A stretch of 64,000 bases of DNA from Octopus sinensis (GCF_006345805.1 NC_042997.1:166656001-166720000), one strand, 5' to 3'. Positions 38,121 through 51,895 are shown, numbered from the stretch's first letter. Numbers and translations: made by a program. Notes: generated from the sequence alone by a model not told the origin.

Positions 38121-38754
38121 AACACTTTTGTTGTTGTTGTTGTTGTTGCTGCTGCTGTTTATCCTGAGGCTAACCTCAGTAGATGAGGTTTATGATCAAA
38201 GGCATTCAAGCCTTCATCATCTAGTCATTTTTCATTTGTGGAGGGAACTCAGCACCTCATTGCCCAATGTAACCCAATGTATATTTTTTACTAAGGGTTA
38301 TTTGAGGGAATTTGGTTGCTATTTTTAGAAGGCCAAATGACCAAGCAGAGAGGGTGTGAATGACCTGCTTCAAGAAGCTGGCTGCATGAAATATGCCTCA
38401 TTATCAGGCAGGTCACACAACTTAAAAAAATTGAAGGTAAATTTTCATTAGGCAAGCCATTGAGAATGTTGCAGTTCATTCATGGCTGACATAGAAGCTT
38501 CTTTATTGGTCTGTTAATTTATAACAAAATGTCAGTAGATAAGCAGGAAGTTGTTAACATTGTTCTTCCTGTATGTCTGTTGGCTGGGAGCAGGACAGCA
38601 TCAACTATTATACAGTGACTGGTGAGGGAAGGCATCATTTTAATTAGGCAAATTCTTATGAGCGAAATAAAAGGTCACAATCTATTGTGTAGTAATAGAG
38701 CTCTCAGTCATTGTTTAATCCCAGTTCAAACATAACAGAGAAGACTGTATGTAC

Positions 38755-38805
<51 letters not shown>

Positions 38806-39140
38806 CTGAATGATTACTCAATACATTATCTAGAGTACATATTTATTATGCTTTTACAAAAAAGTTGTGACAATGACTTCTAGAGTTTGACCTGATAGCC
38901 TTTATTGGACTGTCCAATGAAGGCTACCAGGCTGAAAATTCGAAGTCCATGTTGCCACTCTTCTTGTAAAAGTATAATATATATATGTTATGATATATGA
39001 TATAATGATTTTTTTTTGTTAAAATTCCCGTGACGAGGATTAACTCTGGATTCCTTACCCCCATATAGTTTGTGCATTTAGAGGGTTTAGATTTGTGATA
39101 CTATCCTTTTATTTCTCACTGTAGATGGGCAGATTTGCTA

Positions 39141-39965
39141 TCTTACTATAATGAGTGTTATGTCTGTCCAGCTGTCCATCTGTCCATCTCTTTGTTTGTT
39201 CCCTCTTCATGGCCAGATGGCTAGACCAATGGTTATGATATTTTTGGGGATTACAAAGACGGTCGTCAGAAAGGTTTTAAGCATTAAAAAATCAGAAAGT
39301 ATGATTATTTCGTGGATATCTATTTTTGAATTGACAAACCACCTTTGCATTTTTATTAAAAATTCACCGACCATGAATAACTCTGGATTTTCATCGTATA
39401 GTTCGTGGCCCAATTATAGATACAAAGTGGGTTGCAAAGATGGTTAATAACGAAAATAAAATGGAAAAAGTGTTCGTCAGTATATAGTGTGTGTGATTAT
39501 TTAGTGGTTATTGAAGTGTATCAGTCTTGAACTGGATTCGAAACAGCTAATCAAAGTAGCTGTTGTTTACATCTCAGTTTTGTCAATCAAAATAACCCAT
39601 GGTACCACAACATCCAGACATTATTTACATAGAACAGTGAGTCTTAGTTTGATTTTTTGTAGCCCCAAAGATTCCACTTGTGCATTCACAGCAAACAAGG
39701 CACAAGGCTAGACTTTAGATCATGTATGTGTATTTTTACCCACTCTGATGTTTACACCTGGCCTGTTACATGTTGCTATGAGTAAAGCAACAGACTCCAG
39801 TAATTTGAAAATGAGTTTTGACCAAACTGAAAATACTGTCTACAAAGAAGTTTTGTAATCATATTGATATTATTGAAAGGAATATGATTCATAATCCAAA
39901 TAAGGAAATTTGTGAACTTTGAATGTATAAGAGTATAAACAAGCGTTAAATAGCGTAAACAACTA
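39141..39965 (+). mobile_element. Internally deleted Helitron carrying the PIF1-helicase C-terminus
   Basis: 5' A|TCTTACTATAATGAGTGTTATGTCTGTCC. 39679-39858 translates CAFTANKAQG*TLDHVCVFLPTLMFTPGLLHVAMSKATDSSNLK...ENTVYKEVL* (RepHel FA.T.NKAQGQT...F..GQLYVA.SR...N.VYKEV). 3' end degenerate. Confidence 0.8.
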
Positions 39966-40344
39966 AAATAAAAGTATATCTAAATAAAATTTTTTTCTTA
40001 ATACTTTTTATGTAGTGGTCAAAGGAAGGTCTGGCTTTCATTAGGAGTGGTCCACATAACCATTCATGATACAGAGGCTGGGAGCCTATTTCAGTTCGGG
40101 AGTGAATCGTCATCACATGTCACTTAGTTGCAAACATGTCATATAGCTACAATAGAATGCTGTATCACCAACAATAATGTGATTTCTCTAAGACATCACC
40201 CAGTAATCTATCGAGTCCATTTACACATTTCTCAATACATACTGCCTTTATGACTTCGCTCCCTCATTTTATACCTCCATCATAGATGGGTAAATTTGCT
40301 AGTGCAATTCAATATAATATAATATAATATAATATAATATAACC

Positions 40345-40930
40345 ACATGGTTCTGGGTTCAGCCCCACTGTGTGGCACCTTGGACAAATGTCTTTTTCTA
40401 TAGCCTTGGGCTGTCCAAAGCCTTGTGAGTGAATTTGGTAGATAGAAATTGAAAGGCGGTGAGCTGGCAGAAATGTTAGCATGCTGGGTGAAATGCTTAG
40501 CAGTATTTCATTTGTTCTGAGTTTAAATTCTGCCGAGGTCGACTTTGCCTTTCATCCTTTTGGGATCAATAAATTAAGTACCAGTTACACACTGGGGTCG
40601 ATGTAATCGACTTAATCCGTTTGTCTGTCCTTGTTTGCCCCCTCTGTATTTAGCCCTTGTGGGCAATAAAGAAATAAGAAACTGAAAGAAGTCCATTGTA
40701 AATGTGTGTGTGTGTGTGTGTGTTTGTCCCCCATCACTGCTTGGCAACCAGTGTTAGTGTGTTTGTGACCCTGTAACTTAGCAGTTTGGAGGAAGAGATC
40801 AATAGAATAAGTACCAGGCTTAAAAGAGTAATTAAGTACTGAGGTTGATTCATTCAACTAAAAATCCTTCAAGGTGGTGCCCCATCATGGCTGTCACCTA
40901 ATAACAGAGGCAAGTAAAAGACAAAAGATA
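40345..40930 (+). mobile_element. SINE family B with a nested SINE family A copy (about 40455-40680)
   Basis: B head (CCACATGGTTCTGGGTTCAGCCCC) is interrupted after GAAATTGAAAG by GCGGTGAGCTGGCAG..., then GAAACTGAAAGAAG and the B tail resume. Confidence 0.8.
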
Positions 40931-40954
40931 TATATATATATATATATATATGTA

Positions 40955-41305
40955 TGTCCAGCGCCGCCTCGACTGGCTTCTGTGCCGGTGGCACATAAAA
41001 AGCACCATCCGAACGTGGCTGATGCCAGCGCCGCCTTGGCTGGCTTCCGTGTCGGTGGCACATTAAAAGCACCAACCGATCATGGCTGATGCCAGACCCC
41101 CCCCCCCTGGCACCTGTGTAGGTGGCACGTAAAAAGCACCCACTACACTCGCGGAGTGGTTGGCATTAGGAAGGGCATCCAGCTGTAGAAACACTGCCAG
41201 ATCAGACTGGAGCCTGGTGCAGCCCCTGGCTTCCCAGACCCCAGTCGAATCGTCCAACCCATGCTAGCGCGGAAAGCGGACGTTAAACGATGATGATGAT
41301 GATGA
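40955..41305 (+). mobile_element. RTE-tailed subrepeat element ending in (GAT)n
   Basis: Same family as 1085-1575. Confidence 0.85.
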
Positions 41306-41579
41306 TATATATAATTTGCCGTGACATTAAAAATGGTTATTGAGTACATGGACAAAGTGGGCATGGTTTTGGCCCTGGGTCTCACTGGTGAGAACAAAGT
41401 GGACATTCAAAGTTTGAAATCACTGTGATATGGGTATGTCTGATTTTCATTTTCGATTCTTCCTTCAATTTCACCCTTGTGCGCAAGGGAAAACTGTGGG
41501 TTTGAGTCGTTTTGACTGCTATTTTTAGCATGCTGGTGCTGTAAGTAGTACCCTTCATTATTAATTAATATATATATAT

Positions 41580-43400
41580 GTACCGCTTGTGGTACCAGTG
41601 CCGGTGGCACACAAGAATCCATCCGAACATGGCCGTAGTCAGTACCGCATCACTGGCCATCGTGCTGTGGGCACATAACAAACACCATCCGGTCGTGGCC
41701 GTTCGCCAGCCTCATCTAGCACCTGTGTCGGTGGCACATAAAAACACCATCCGAAGACCCGGCAAGACTAGTCAGGCCATAAACCATGGCCCCTACCTGG
41801 GACGTAGTCAGTCCACCTGTGCATACCTTCCTCCTTGTGATACTTGTGAAGGCCTGTTGAGGCAAGTGAAAATCAAAATCAAAATCAAATCAAAACAAAT
41901 CAAAATAGATGAACATCAATGGAATTTGTATCTTTGTGGTACCAGTGCCGGTGGCACACAAGAGAAAACCATCCGAAAGTGGCCGTAGCCAGTACCGCAT
42001 CGACTGGCCTCCGTGCTGTGGGCACATCCGAAAGTGGCCGTAGCCAGTACCGCATCGACTGGCCTCCGTGCTGTGGGCACATGACAAACACCATCCGATC
42101 GTGGCCGTTCGCCAGCCTCATCTAGCACCTGTGTCGGTGGCACATAAAAACACCATCCGAAGACCCGGCAAGACTAGTCAGGCCATAACCCATGGCCCCT
42201 ACCTGGGATGTAGTCAGTCCACCTGTGCATACCTTCCTTCTTGTGACACTTGTGAAGACCTGTTGAGGCAAGTGAAAATCAAAATCAAAATCAAAACAAA
42301 TCAAAATAGATGAACATCAATGGAATCTGTATCTTTGTGGTACCAGTGCCGGTGGCACACACTTTGTGGTACCAGTGCCGGTGGCACACATGAGAACCAT
42401 CCGAACGTGGCCGTAGCCAGTTCCGCATCGACCGGCCTCCGTGCTGTGGGCACGTAACAAACACCATCCGATCATGGCCGTTCGCCAGCCTCATCTGGCA
42501 CCTGTGTCGGTGGCACATAAAAAACACCTTCCGAAGACCCGGCAAGACTAGTCAGTCCACCTGTGCATACCTTCCTTCTTGTGACACTTGTGAAGACCGG
42601 TTGAGGCAAGTGAAAATCAAATCAATCAAATCAATCAAATCAAATCAAAATAGACAAAATAGATGAACATCAATGGAATTTGTATCTTGTGGTACCAGTG
42701 CCTGTGGCACACAAGAAATCCATCAGTGCTGTAGTCAGTGCGGTGGGCACATGACAAACACCATCCGATCGTGGCCGTTCGCCAGCCTCATCTAGCACCT
42801 GTGTCGGTGGCACATAAAAACACCATCCGAAGACCCGGCAAGGCTAGTCAGGCCATAACCCATGGCCCCTACCTGGGACGTAGTCAGTCCACCTGTGCAT
42901 ACCTTCCTTCTTGTGACACTTGTGAAGACCTGTTGAGGCAAGTGAAAATCAAATCAAAACAAATCAAAATAGATGAACATCAATGGAATTTGTATCTTTG
43001 TGGTACCAGTGCCGGTGGCACGTGGCACACAATAAAACCATCCGAACGTGGCCGTAGCCAGTACCGCATCGACTGGCCTCCGTGCTGTGGGCACGTAACA
43101 AGCACCATCCGATCGTGGCCGTTTGCCAGCCTCATCTGGCACCTGTGTCGGTGGCACATAAAAACACCATCCGAGCGTGGCCGTCTGCCAGCCTCGTCTG
43201 GCACCTGTGTCGGTGACACATAAAATCACCCACTACACTCTCGGAGTGGTTGGCGTTAGGAAGGGCATCCAGCTGTAGAAACACTGCCAGATCTGACTGG
43301 ACTGGTGCAGCTTTCGGGCTCCCCAGACCCCAGTTGAACCGTCCAACCCATGCTAGCATGGAAAGCGGACGTTAAATGATGATGATGATGATGATGATGA
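41580..43400 (+). repeat. Tandem multimer (5 units, periods 347/401/352/311 bp) of an RTE-tailed element
   Basis: Anchor GGTACCAGTGCC at 41591, 41938, 42339, 42691 and 43002; only the last unit carries the TTAGGAAGGGCATCC...(GAT)n tail. Confidence 0.92.
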
Positions 43401-43699
43401 TGTAGTATTATTATTATGATGATTTGGCTCTGAGTGACTCAAAGCTTCACAGGCTTTTTACAAAAACCTAACTCATTCAAGTTCAGATTACTGAATGAAG
43501 AAGTACACAAAGTCTAAGATGGTTACTGGAAAATAGGCTGCTATTGGTCAAGATGAGTTACATAGTATAGTGTTGGTAGAAGTGAGTTTGGCATTTCAGC
43601 AACATCAGATGCATTAGAAAGAATTTCTTGGACTGTGTGACTGGACAGGAAGCTGGTGGTGCCTTCGTGTCTGGTGGGCCTTTGAAGGGAATTGGAAGC

Positions 43700-44240
43700 T
43701 GTCAGAAGCAAAGCCAATGTGTGTGTGTGTGTGTGTGTACCAGATGTACGAGTGCATGGATGTGGGCGTGTTATTGGGTGTATGAACGTGTGTGTGTGTG
43801 CATATGAATATGTGTGTGTTAGTGCCTGCTATATATGCATACAAGTGTGAATGTGTTTAGGATGCATGTATGGGGATATGTGCATAAGTATGTACATACT
43901 TGTATTATACCTTGTGTATAAATGTATGAGTGCGTGTGTGTTTGTCTGGAAGAACATGTATGCATGTGTTTTTATCAAGTGTGTATGTTTGTGTGCATAT
44001 ATGTACATGACTTTGTATGTATACTGCATGATAAATGTATGCTAGTGTAATTGCAACTGCATTACTGGGGCAGGGGGGAAGACAGGTGTTGGTCTTTGGT
44101 GGTGAGGGGTGGAAGGGAAGAGAGGAGAAGTATATATACACAGACGTGTGTATGTGTGTGTGTGTGTGCATGTATAGATGTGTGTGTTTGTGTTTGCATG
44201 CATATACTTCATTTATGATGATGAAAGTAGGGGTTACAGG
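43700..44240. repeat. (TG)-rich low-complexity tract
   Basis: Degenerate TG/TA dinucleotide repeats. Confidence 0.8.
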
Positions 44241-44279
44241 GGATGCATAAGGTTGTAAAGTTGGCCTGTAGTCTACATA

Positions 44280-45080
44280 GGTATATATGGTTAGGAAACC
44301 TGTTCTTGCTAGTGGGGCAGCCAGTGTTGAGGCACAGCCAATGTTAAGGTAGTATATCTGGGTTGTTGGCAGCCAGTGGTTTGAAGTTCACCAGGAGGTT
44401 GTACCTCTGAGGGCAACAATAAGATAGTTCATAGTTCCTGTTGATCATTACTACAGGTTGGTGGAGAGTGTACAGTCTTTCATGTAGGCAGAGATGGCAA
44501 TGTCAAGTGGTAGCTGAGCAGGCTGGGACCCTGTCAATGGTTGCCTATTTGATGGTGGGGATTTCATTCTGGAGGTCATTAGTATCTCCAAGAAACAAGA
44601 CAAAGAGGTGGAATTCTCTCTATTCCTGCATCTAAATGAGTATAAATGCTGTGTGTATCTTCCCTTAAAGTTATTGGCCATCATACATGTGTATTGTCTT
44701 GTGATGCCATTGGATGGTGTGAGGGTAGCTCTATAGACAATGGCCCTTGAAAAGCAAGATCCTCTTAGAGAGCAGCTGGTAGGGTTTTGGAAGTTACAGA
44801 TTGGGGTTGGATGTTGTGCAGGTGCATGTTTATGCCTGTTGTAGCATGCAATTTTAGAAGTGACATTATCTTGGCAGGAGTAGCTCACCTTCATGTTTTG
44901 TAGCTTGAAGAACTTATATTACTAGTGGCCCTTTGGGAAATGCTTCTTAATCAGTGGCAGGAAACTCCTAACTGCAGTGTTGATAACTTCTAGGTTAGAT
45001 GGAGGGTTGAACCAGATTATCTTTCTCTTTCTGATCCTATTTGAGTGTTAGAGTAGTCATTAAGGGTTTTCCATTAGCAT
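44280..45080 (-). mobile_element. Penelope-like element C-terminus (linker and GIY-YIG endonuclease), decayed
   Basis: RKRKIIWFNPP...IKKHFPK...KVSYSC...CNFQNPTSCSLRGSC..AIVYRATL...YTCMMANNFKGRY..H..SF...NSTSLS. Confidence 0.85.
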
Positions 45081-46384
45081 ATTTCAAAATATTTTAACTT
45101 TTTGCTTGATGTACTCAAGCCTTTTGTTGGCAACTTACTTTATTCATGTATGCTACCTACACTGCATATTTACTCATACCATATACTTTATAGTCATTTT
45201 CTTTGTTGGCATCAAAGATTTTCTCTCTATGATGTTTGTTTACAAAGCATGACTTTCCATGGTAGTGAAAATGTGCATAGAATACAGGTGAGGTGAGCAT
45301 AGTCTGTCATGAACTCTTTTGTTCACAATAAAAGCTGTCCCTTTTATTGTATTTGTAAAAACTTGCTTAATTAAAATGATATATTCCTTATCTTTCATTA
45401 TATAACAGCTGATGTTGTTTTGTTCACTTGTTCACTTTCAGCAATTTTCTTTGGGCTTCTCCAGTCTTGTCTCGTGTGCTTCCAATGTTATTAAGTAAAG
45501 AATTCTGTCAATATTAACCCCACCACAGGTAGCAAGTGGCAAAATTATTACTGCATTAGAAAATATGGTTAGGGACATTTATTCCAGCTCTTTACGTACT
45601 GAGTTTAAGTGCCATCTAGGTCAACTTTGCTTTTCATATTTTAGGGATTGATAAAATAAGGACTAGTTGAGCACTGGGATCAATGATGTAATTTTGTTTC
45701 CTGCTCCCTTCAAAATTGCTGGCTTTGTGCAAAAATTAAAAAGAATATTAATTCAAGCTATCAACAGCTTTTTGCCAATTTACAATTCCATTTTATGTGC
45801 TGGTTAATGGCTTCTATGATTAAGAAAAAAAAAAAATGAGGCAAGGGAGATAATTAAGTTTCTAACCGTTAAAGCAATTTCTCTTTCAGAGAAGAATCAT
45901 TTCAAAATCTTATTGTCATCTTTTCAGTTGACTAAAGAGGCAAGAAGAAAAATAATCTTGTTCTAAATTTTGCTGTTGAATCCATTGCATCTATTTTTAA
46001 ACAGTATGAGATTAAATATACACAAACATCTTCATGGTAAACGGATTTTTAGTGGTATTATGAAAATGCTTTAGATAAATTCATTGCATTTTTCATATCA
46101 TAGATATCCTGAGTTTTGTGTTTTGTGTTTTATGTAGCTTGCTGAGAAAGCTTTATATCAACACTTATAACATCAAATGTTTGTTTATCAGGTATAAAAG
46201 AGTTACAGTGGCCTTCTTGATAGTCGAAGAACCTAAAATGTCATTGATTTGTATTCCATTACTGGGAGTGTGTTGTAGCCATGGATATTCTTACATGCTT
46301 TATTCACTTACCTTTAAATGCCAGTAATAGCAGAAAGAGTAATCTTGCTCCATATTTATATTTGCATATATCTAAACTCGGTGA

Positions 46385-46855
46385 CTGGCATCTGTTGAAA
46401 CTTGGTGACTGGCATCCGTTGCTAGTGGAGCACTAAGAGTACCATATGAGTGAGATCGTTGCCAGAGCAACAATCTGGCCTTCGTGCCAATGGCACATTA
46501 AAAACACCATTCGAGCATGATCGTTACTTGCGTCGCCTTACTAGCACTTGTGCTGGTGGCACGTGAAAAAACATTCGAGCGAGGTCGTTGCCAATGCCGC
46601 TGGACTGGCTCCTGTGCAGGTGGCACATAAAAAGCACCATTTGAGTGTGGCTGTTGCCAGTACCACCTAACTGGCCCTCGTGCCCGTGGCACGTAAAAGC
46701 ACCCACTACACTCTCGGAGTGGTTGGCTTTAGGAAGGGCATCCAGCTGTAGAAACTCTGCCAGATCAGATTGGAGTCTGGTTTGCCAGACCTCAGTCAAA
46801 TCATCCAACCCATGCTAGCATGGAAAGCGGACATTAAATGATGATGATGATGATC
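46385..46855 (+). mobile_element. RTE-tailed subrepeat element ending in (GAT)n
   Basis: GTGGCACGTAAAAGCACCCACTACACTCTCGGAGTGG...GATGATGATG. Confidence 0.85.
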
Positions 46856-48137
46856 CCTGACTTTCAGATGTAACAGCTGAGAATGGAAATGACTTAGAAA
46901 TGCTAGAATCCCTGAATCTTAATGCTTAGTGTTTAATGTTTTTAAAATACTCCATGAAACTCTAATTAATCTTAATAGTAACTGCAGATAAACAATGCTA
47001 GAATCCCCAAGTTCTACTGTTATTGTGTTTATACATCTATTGTGCCAAGTGTTGGTTAAGTTGCTTCAAGTCTTGGATGTTGCATCACTTCTGCTTTGTA
47101 CTGCAGGACAAGATAGTGCAAAGTACCTGAATTTGGTAAGTTTTCTGTAATAAGTATTAATAACTGTTGTTATTGTTGCTTAACTCTAAGGTCAAACCTG
47201 ATTGGACAGATTTATGATCAAGGACATTCCAACCATGACCATTTTCTTTTTTTTTTTCTTTGCAATTAATGTATCTAAGACTATGTTATTCAAAGTGTCT
47301 TTCTTCTTTGTAAACAGTAAGGTGAAATTTGAGAGTGATTTAACTGATATTTCTAGTAGGTTAAGCAGCCATAAATAAGACTCCTCATTGGTCCATATTG
47401 CTGAATGTTGTTCTTGTTGTTTAACCTGTGTCATCGTTGATTGAACTGGTTTATGATCAAAGCCATTCAGCCATGATCCTTCAGTCATTTATATAATGTA
47501 ACCTTTATGTTTTAAAATATTAGTGTGATTTGAGAGATATTTTGGTTGCTATTTCTAACTGGTCCAGTGATCATGAGAACATTTCAAGTTCTTTTGAGAG
47601 AGGTTGCATTATTGACAGTTTTATCAACTACTAGTTTTAAATTCATGTCCTCTTCATGGCTAGGATAATGTACAGTTAGATGTCATCCACTCATGAGTAT
47701 GGACTGGTAAAATACCATGCTTTTGCTAATTCTTTTAGGTTCCTGTGAAGTTGCAAGCAAACATATGTAACCTCTTGGTCCTCCTCACTTTTGACTCAGT
47801 AGCACATCTGTGAAGTGATAGCTACAGGGAGAGAGAGAGAGAGAGCTGCATCAACACACAACTGGTATTCATTTGAATACACTGAAGCAAATGAAATAAC
47901 ATACCTTGCCCAACGATACAATTCACTGCTCATTCCAAGAACTTAATGCAGTTTGTGATCATAAGCTGAACACCCTAAGCACTACTCCATATGCTTTCAA
48001 TGCCTAGATAATGGCATCAAGAAATCACTTAAGTGTATTGTCTTTGTATTACTAAATGAACACAAAGTCTTTAGTGGTGGGCCTATAACACAATAGGATT
48101 GCTGGAATGAACATTACCATCAATATATGTCTATCTG

Positions 48138-48183
<46 letters not shown>

Positions 48184-48669
48184 CATATCAAAGGGAAATG
48201 GAAATTAATTAAAATTTACATTTCCAGTGGTCTAACGTGTAGAAAATTTAGTCAAAAAGACTATATATTAGTCATACGATACAGTGTATATTTAAACACA
48301 TAAGGAATCCACTTATAGGAATTCAACATGCTAGAATGAACAGCTAGGTTCTATAACCACAAAAATTAGGGATAAAATGTCGAATTTTATATACACTATA
48401 TCGAATATATATAATATATCTTATCTTTTACTTGTTTCAATCATTAGAATGTAGCCATGCTGGGGTAGTACCTTGAAGCATTTAGTTGAGAAAATTGACC
48501 CCAGTACTTTTAAAGTCTGGTATCCATCTGTCTCTTTTGTCAAACTACTAAGATATGGAGATGTAAACAAATAGTGGTTGTCAAGTGGCAGTGGGGGACA
48601 AATGCTATGATCTGTCTTAATAAAGACTGATCATAATATTGAAGCAAGGAGACCAAATATGATTGTTTT

Positions 48670-49000
48670 CTTAACAGAAGGGACAAATGGTGTCAGATCA
48701 TTGAATTGACAATTCCATAAAGGAAAAGAGTGGATAAAAAGGAAACTGAGAAAATCAAGGAATTTCAGGATCTAGCCTAAGAAATGAAGAGAATGTTCAA
48801 TACAAGGATGAAAATTGTTCTTGATGTAATTGGTGCATTTAGAAAACTGCTACCTTAGATGCTAAAGGATATTGTAATTGAGACACATGTCAATGTGCAG
48901 TAATGACCATCATGCGTTCTACAAGAATCCTAAGAAAGGATTTTGAAATTTGAGGAGACTTGTTATCAAACTCCAGGAAATCATTCTTGCAAAGTAAATT
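48670..49000 (+). mobile_element. Decayed 3' end of an R4/Dong-type LINE (restriction-like endonuclease)
   Basis: IIELTIP*RKRVDKKETEKIKEFQDLA*EMKRMFNT..VIGAF..., followed by the trinucleotide tract ending in (AAT)n. Confidence 0.7.
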
Positions 49001-49019
49001 AGAATGTGATGGCTTTTTT

Positions 49020-49195
<176 letters not shown>

Positions 49196-49199
49196 AATC

Positions 49200-49655
49200 C
49201 TTTCTACCAAAGGCACAAGGTCTGAAATTTTGGGGGAGGGGACTAGTCAATTACAACAACCCCAGTGTTTCATTGACACTTAATTTATCGACCCTGAAAG
49301 GATGAAAAGCAAAGTCAACCTCAGTGGAATTTGAACTCAGAATGTAGCAACAGGCAAAATACCTATTTCTTTACTACCCGCAAGGGGCTAAACACAGAGG
49401 GGACAAACAAGCACAGACAAACGGATTAAGTCGATTACATCGACACCCCAGTCTGTAACTGGTACTTAATATATCGACCCCGAAAGGATGAAAGGCAAAG
49501 TCGACCTCGGCGGAATTTGAACTCAGAACGTAATGGCAGTCGAAATACGGCTACGCATTTCGCCCGATGTGCTAATGTTTCTGCAGCTCGCAACAGGCAA
49601 AATACCACTAAGCATTATGTCCAGCCTGCTAATGATTCTCTCTGCTTGCCACCTT
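49200..49655 (-). mobile_element. Nested SINE family A copies
   Basis: Copy 49360-49590 sits inside another copy; CAACAGGCAAAATACC is duplicated at ~49349 and ~49591. Confidence 0.8.
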
Positions 49656-49658
49656 AAT

Positions 49659-49721
<63 letters not shown>

Positions 49722-49726
49722 GATGA

Positions 49727-49760
<34 letters not shown>

Positions 49761-49852
49761 GATGGTGGTGGTGATGGTGGTGGTGGTGATGGTGGTGGTG
49801 GTTGTGGTGGTGGTTGTGGTGGTGGTTGTGGTGGTGGTGGTGATGGTGATGT

Positions 49853-49883
<31 letters not shown>

Positions 49884-49892
49884 AATGATAAT
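49655..49892. repeat. Compound (AAT)n-(GAT)n-(GGT)n-(GAT)n trinucleotide repeat
   Basis: Directly visible; source of the poly-N/D/G/H/T ORFs. Confidence 0.97.
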
Positions 49893-50149
49893 CTCTAACA
49901 TGCACAAGACCAGATATTTGAAGGAAGCTTTTAGTTGATTATATCTACCCTATTACTTGGCTGTGAGTCAGTGGCCAGTGGGTGATGATTCACACCCAGT
50001 ACTATCCTCTCAGCAATATACCAACACTTAATATAAAAATGGATAAGTGGTATAAAGAAATACTAAACATGGTATGTAACAATGACTGGCTCCATTTATT
50101 TAGTACATGCTTATCTTGATGACAAGGGTATGAAGGCCAACTGTTCAGG

Positions 50150-50460
50150 TATAACTGCCAAAGGTTGGAATGAAAATCTCTGTAATCAGATAGACATCTC
50201 AATGCCTTCTGACCAAGACATCACACAAAAAGAGGTAAAAAAGTACAAGGATCCTGAAACTGAAATAAATAGGCTGTGGGGGATGGAAGTAAAAAAACAA
50301 TACTAATAATAATAATAACTGTAGCTCTAGGAAGGATAAACAAGAGTATGAACACAAACCTCCCACAAAACAGAAAAACATTATACAAGATTCCAAACAC
50401 TACATATAGTTTAAGGGATAGCTTTGCTAGATACAGCCCACATCCAAAGTGAGACACTCA
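50150..50460 (+). mobile_element. Second decayed R4/Dong-type RLE fragment
   Basis: IDISMPSDQDITQKEVKKYKDPETEINRLWGM...ALG...IALLDTAHI. Confidence 0.7.
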
Positions 50461-51604
50461 ATTTCATAGGTCAGCTGATATGATTCAAAATACATTCTCT
50501 ATGTATTCATAACCTGATAAAATAATGGTTTCAAATTTTGGAAAATGGCCAGCAATTTCGGGGGAGGGTTAAGTCAATTACATTGACACTTAGTGTTCAA
50601 CTGGTACTTACTCTATTGGCCACCCCACTCCTAACGGATGAAAGGCAAAGTCGACCTCAGCAGAATTTGCACTCAGAATGTAAAGACAGATGAAATACTA
50701 TAGGGATATTGCCTAGCATGCTAATGATTTTGCCAGCTTGCCACCTTATAATTCTTTAAAAATAATACAACTAGTAAAATTTATACGCATCAGAATTACT
50801 AACCAATAATATGAGGTAACCCACGCAGCACATGTAACTGTTGTTTTGAGGGCACATGGAAGTTCATTCCGTTAAAAAAAAAACAACATAAATATGTCCT
50901 TTTCTTTTTGCTCCTTTTATTTATTTACTTATTTATATTTTTGTATAGATTCCTCAGGTAAAGAGGCACTTGTTTTTGTGACATACGTTGTCCATGCATT
51001 TTCATTTGCCTGGAACTGATGATTTTCTCTTGGTTATAATGTTGGCAAAAATAAGTTGATGTTCTTGTTGGTGCTTTTATAATCATTCACCAATTTTTGT
51101 GCTTGTCAAATCAGGATTGTCTGTGTTTATAACTTTTTTACTTAATTGTCATTACTTGTGTTTTGTTCTTTTAGATATATTTTCTAGATTTCAAAAATTT
51201 AAGGTGGGACGTATTTGTTACTAATACCTTAAAAGATAGTACCTCCTCCCACTACCTCAGAAGTGGCTGTATTGAACCTCTTGTATACAAAGCAAAATGA
51301 ATACTTGCAAGAGAGTGAGTACAAAAGAAATATTAATTTTCTTTTCCACCTTGCTGAGGTGAGGTGGATTTTTAAATATTCTGAAATCCTTCGTGAGTGT
51401 TTGCGGGATGGAAACAAGCATTTTCATTAAAAACTCATGGAAGAAAATAATTTCTGACCAGAGTTCTGTGAGACTTGGCTGTCCAAGGAAACCACCATCA
51501 ACAACACTGCCAGTAACAACAATAACAATTGTACAACAACACTGCCAATAGTAATAACAACATAAGTTGAAGGTCAGAAATTTGGGGTTTAGGATTAGTC
51601 AATT

Positions 51605-51895
51605 AAAACCATTCGAGCGTGGTCGTTGTTAGTACCACCTGACTGGCTCCTGTGCCAGTGACACGTAAAATGCACTGTACAAGTGTGGTTGATACCAATA
51701 CTAAATAACTGGCCCTCATGCCAGTGGCATGTAAAAAGCACCCACTACACTCTTGGAGTGGTTGGCGTTAGGAAGGGCATCTAGTTGTGGAAACCTTGCC
51801 AGATCAGATTGGAGCCTAGTACAGCCTTCTGGCTTGCAAGTCCTCAGTCCATGCCAGCATGGAAAACGGATGTTAAACGACAATGGTGATGATGA
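51605..51895 (+). mobile_element. RTE-tailed subrepeat element inserted into a SINE A copy
   Basis: SINE A sequence stops at GTCAATTAAAAC (~51608) and resumes at ~51900 (AATTAAAACAATCCAGTAC). Confidence 0.75.

Noticed and set aside
41578-43359. Cluster of overlapping 65-161-aa ORFs and a possible CRISPR-like array
   Set aside because: GC-rich tandem retro-element units repeat the same peptides; no unique spacers and no recognisable domain.
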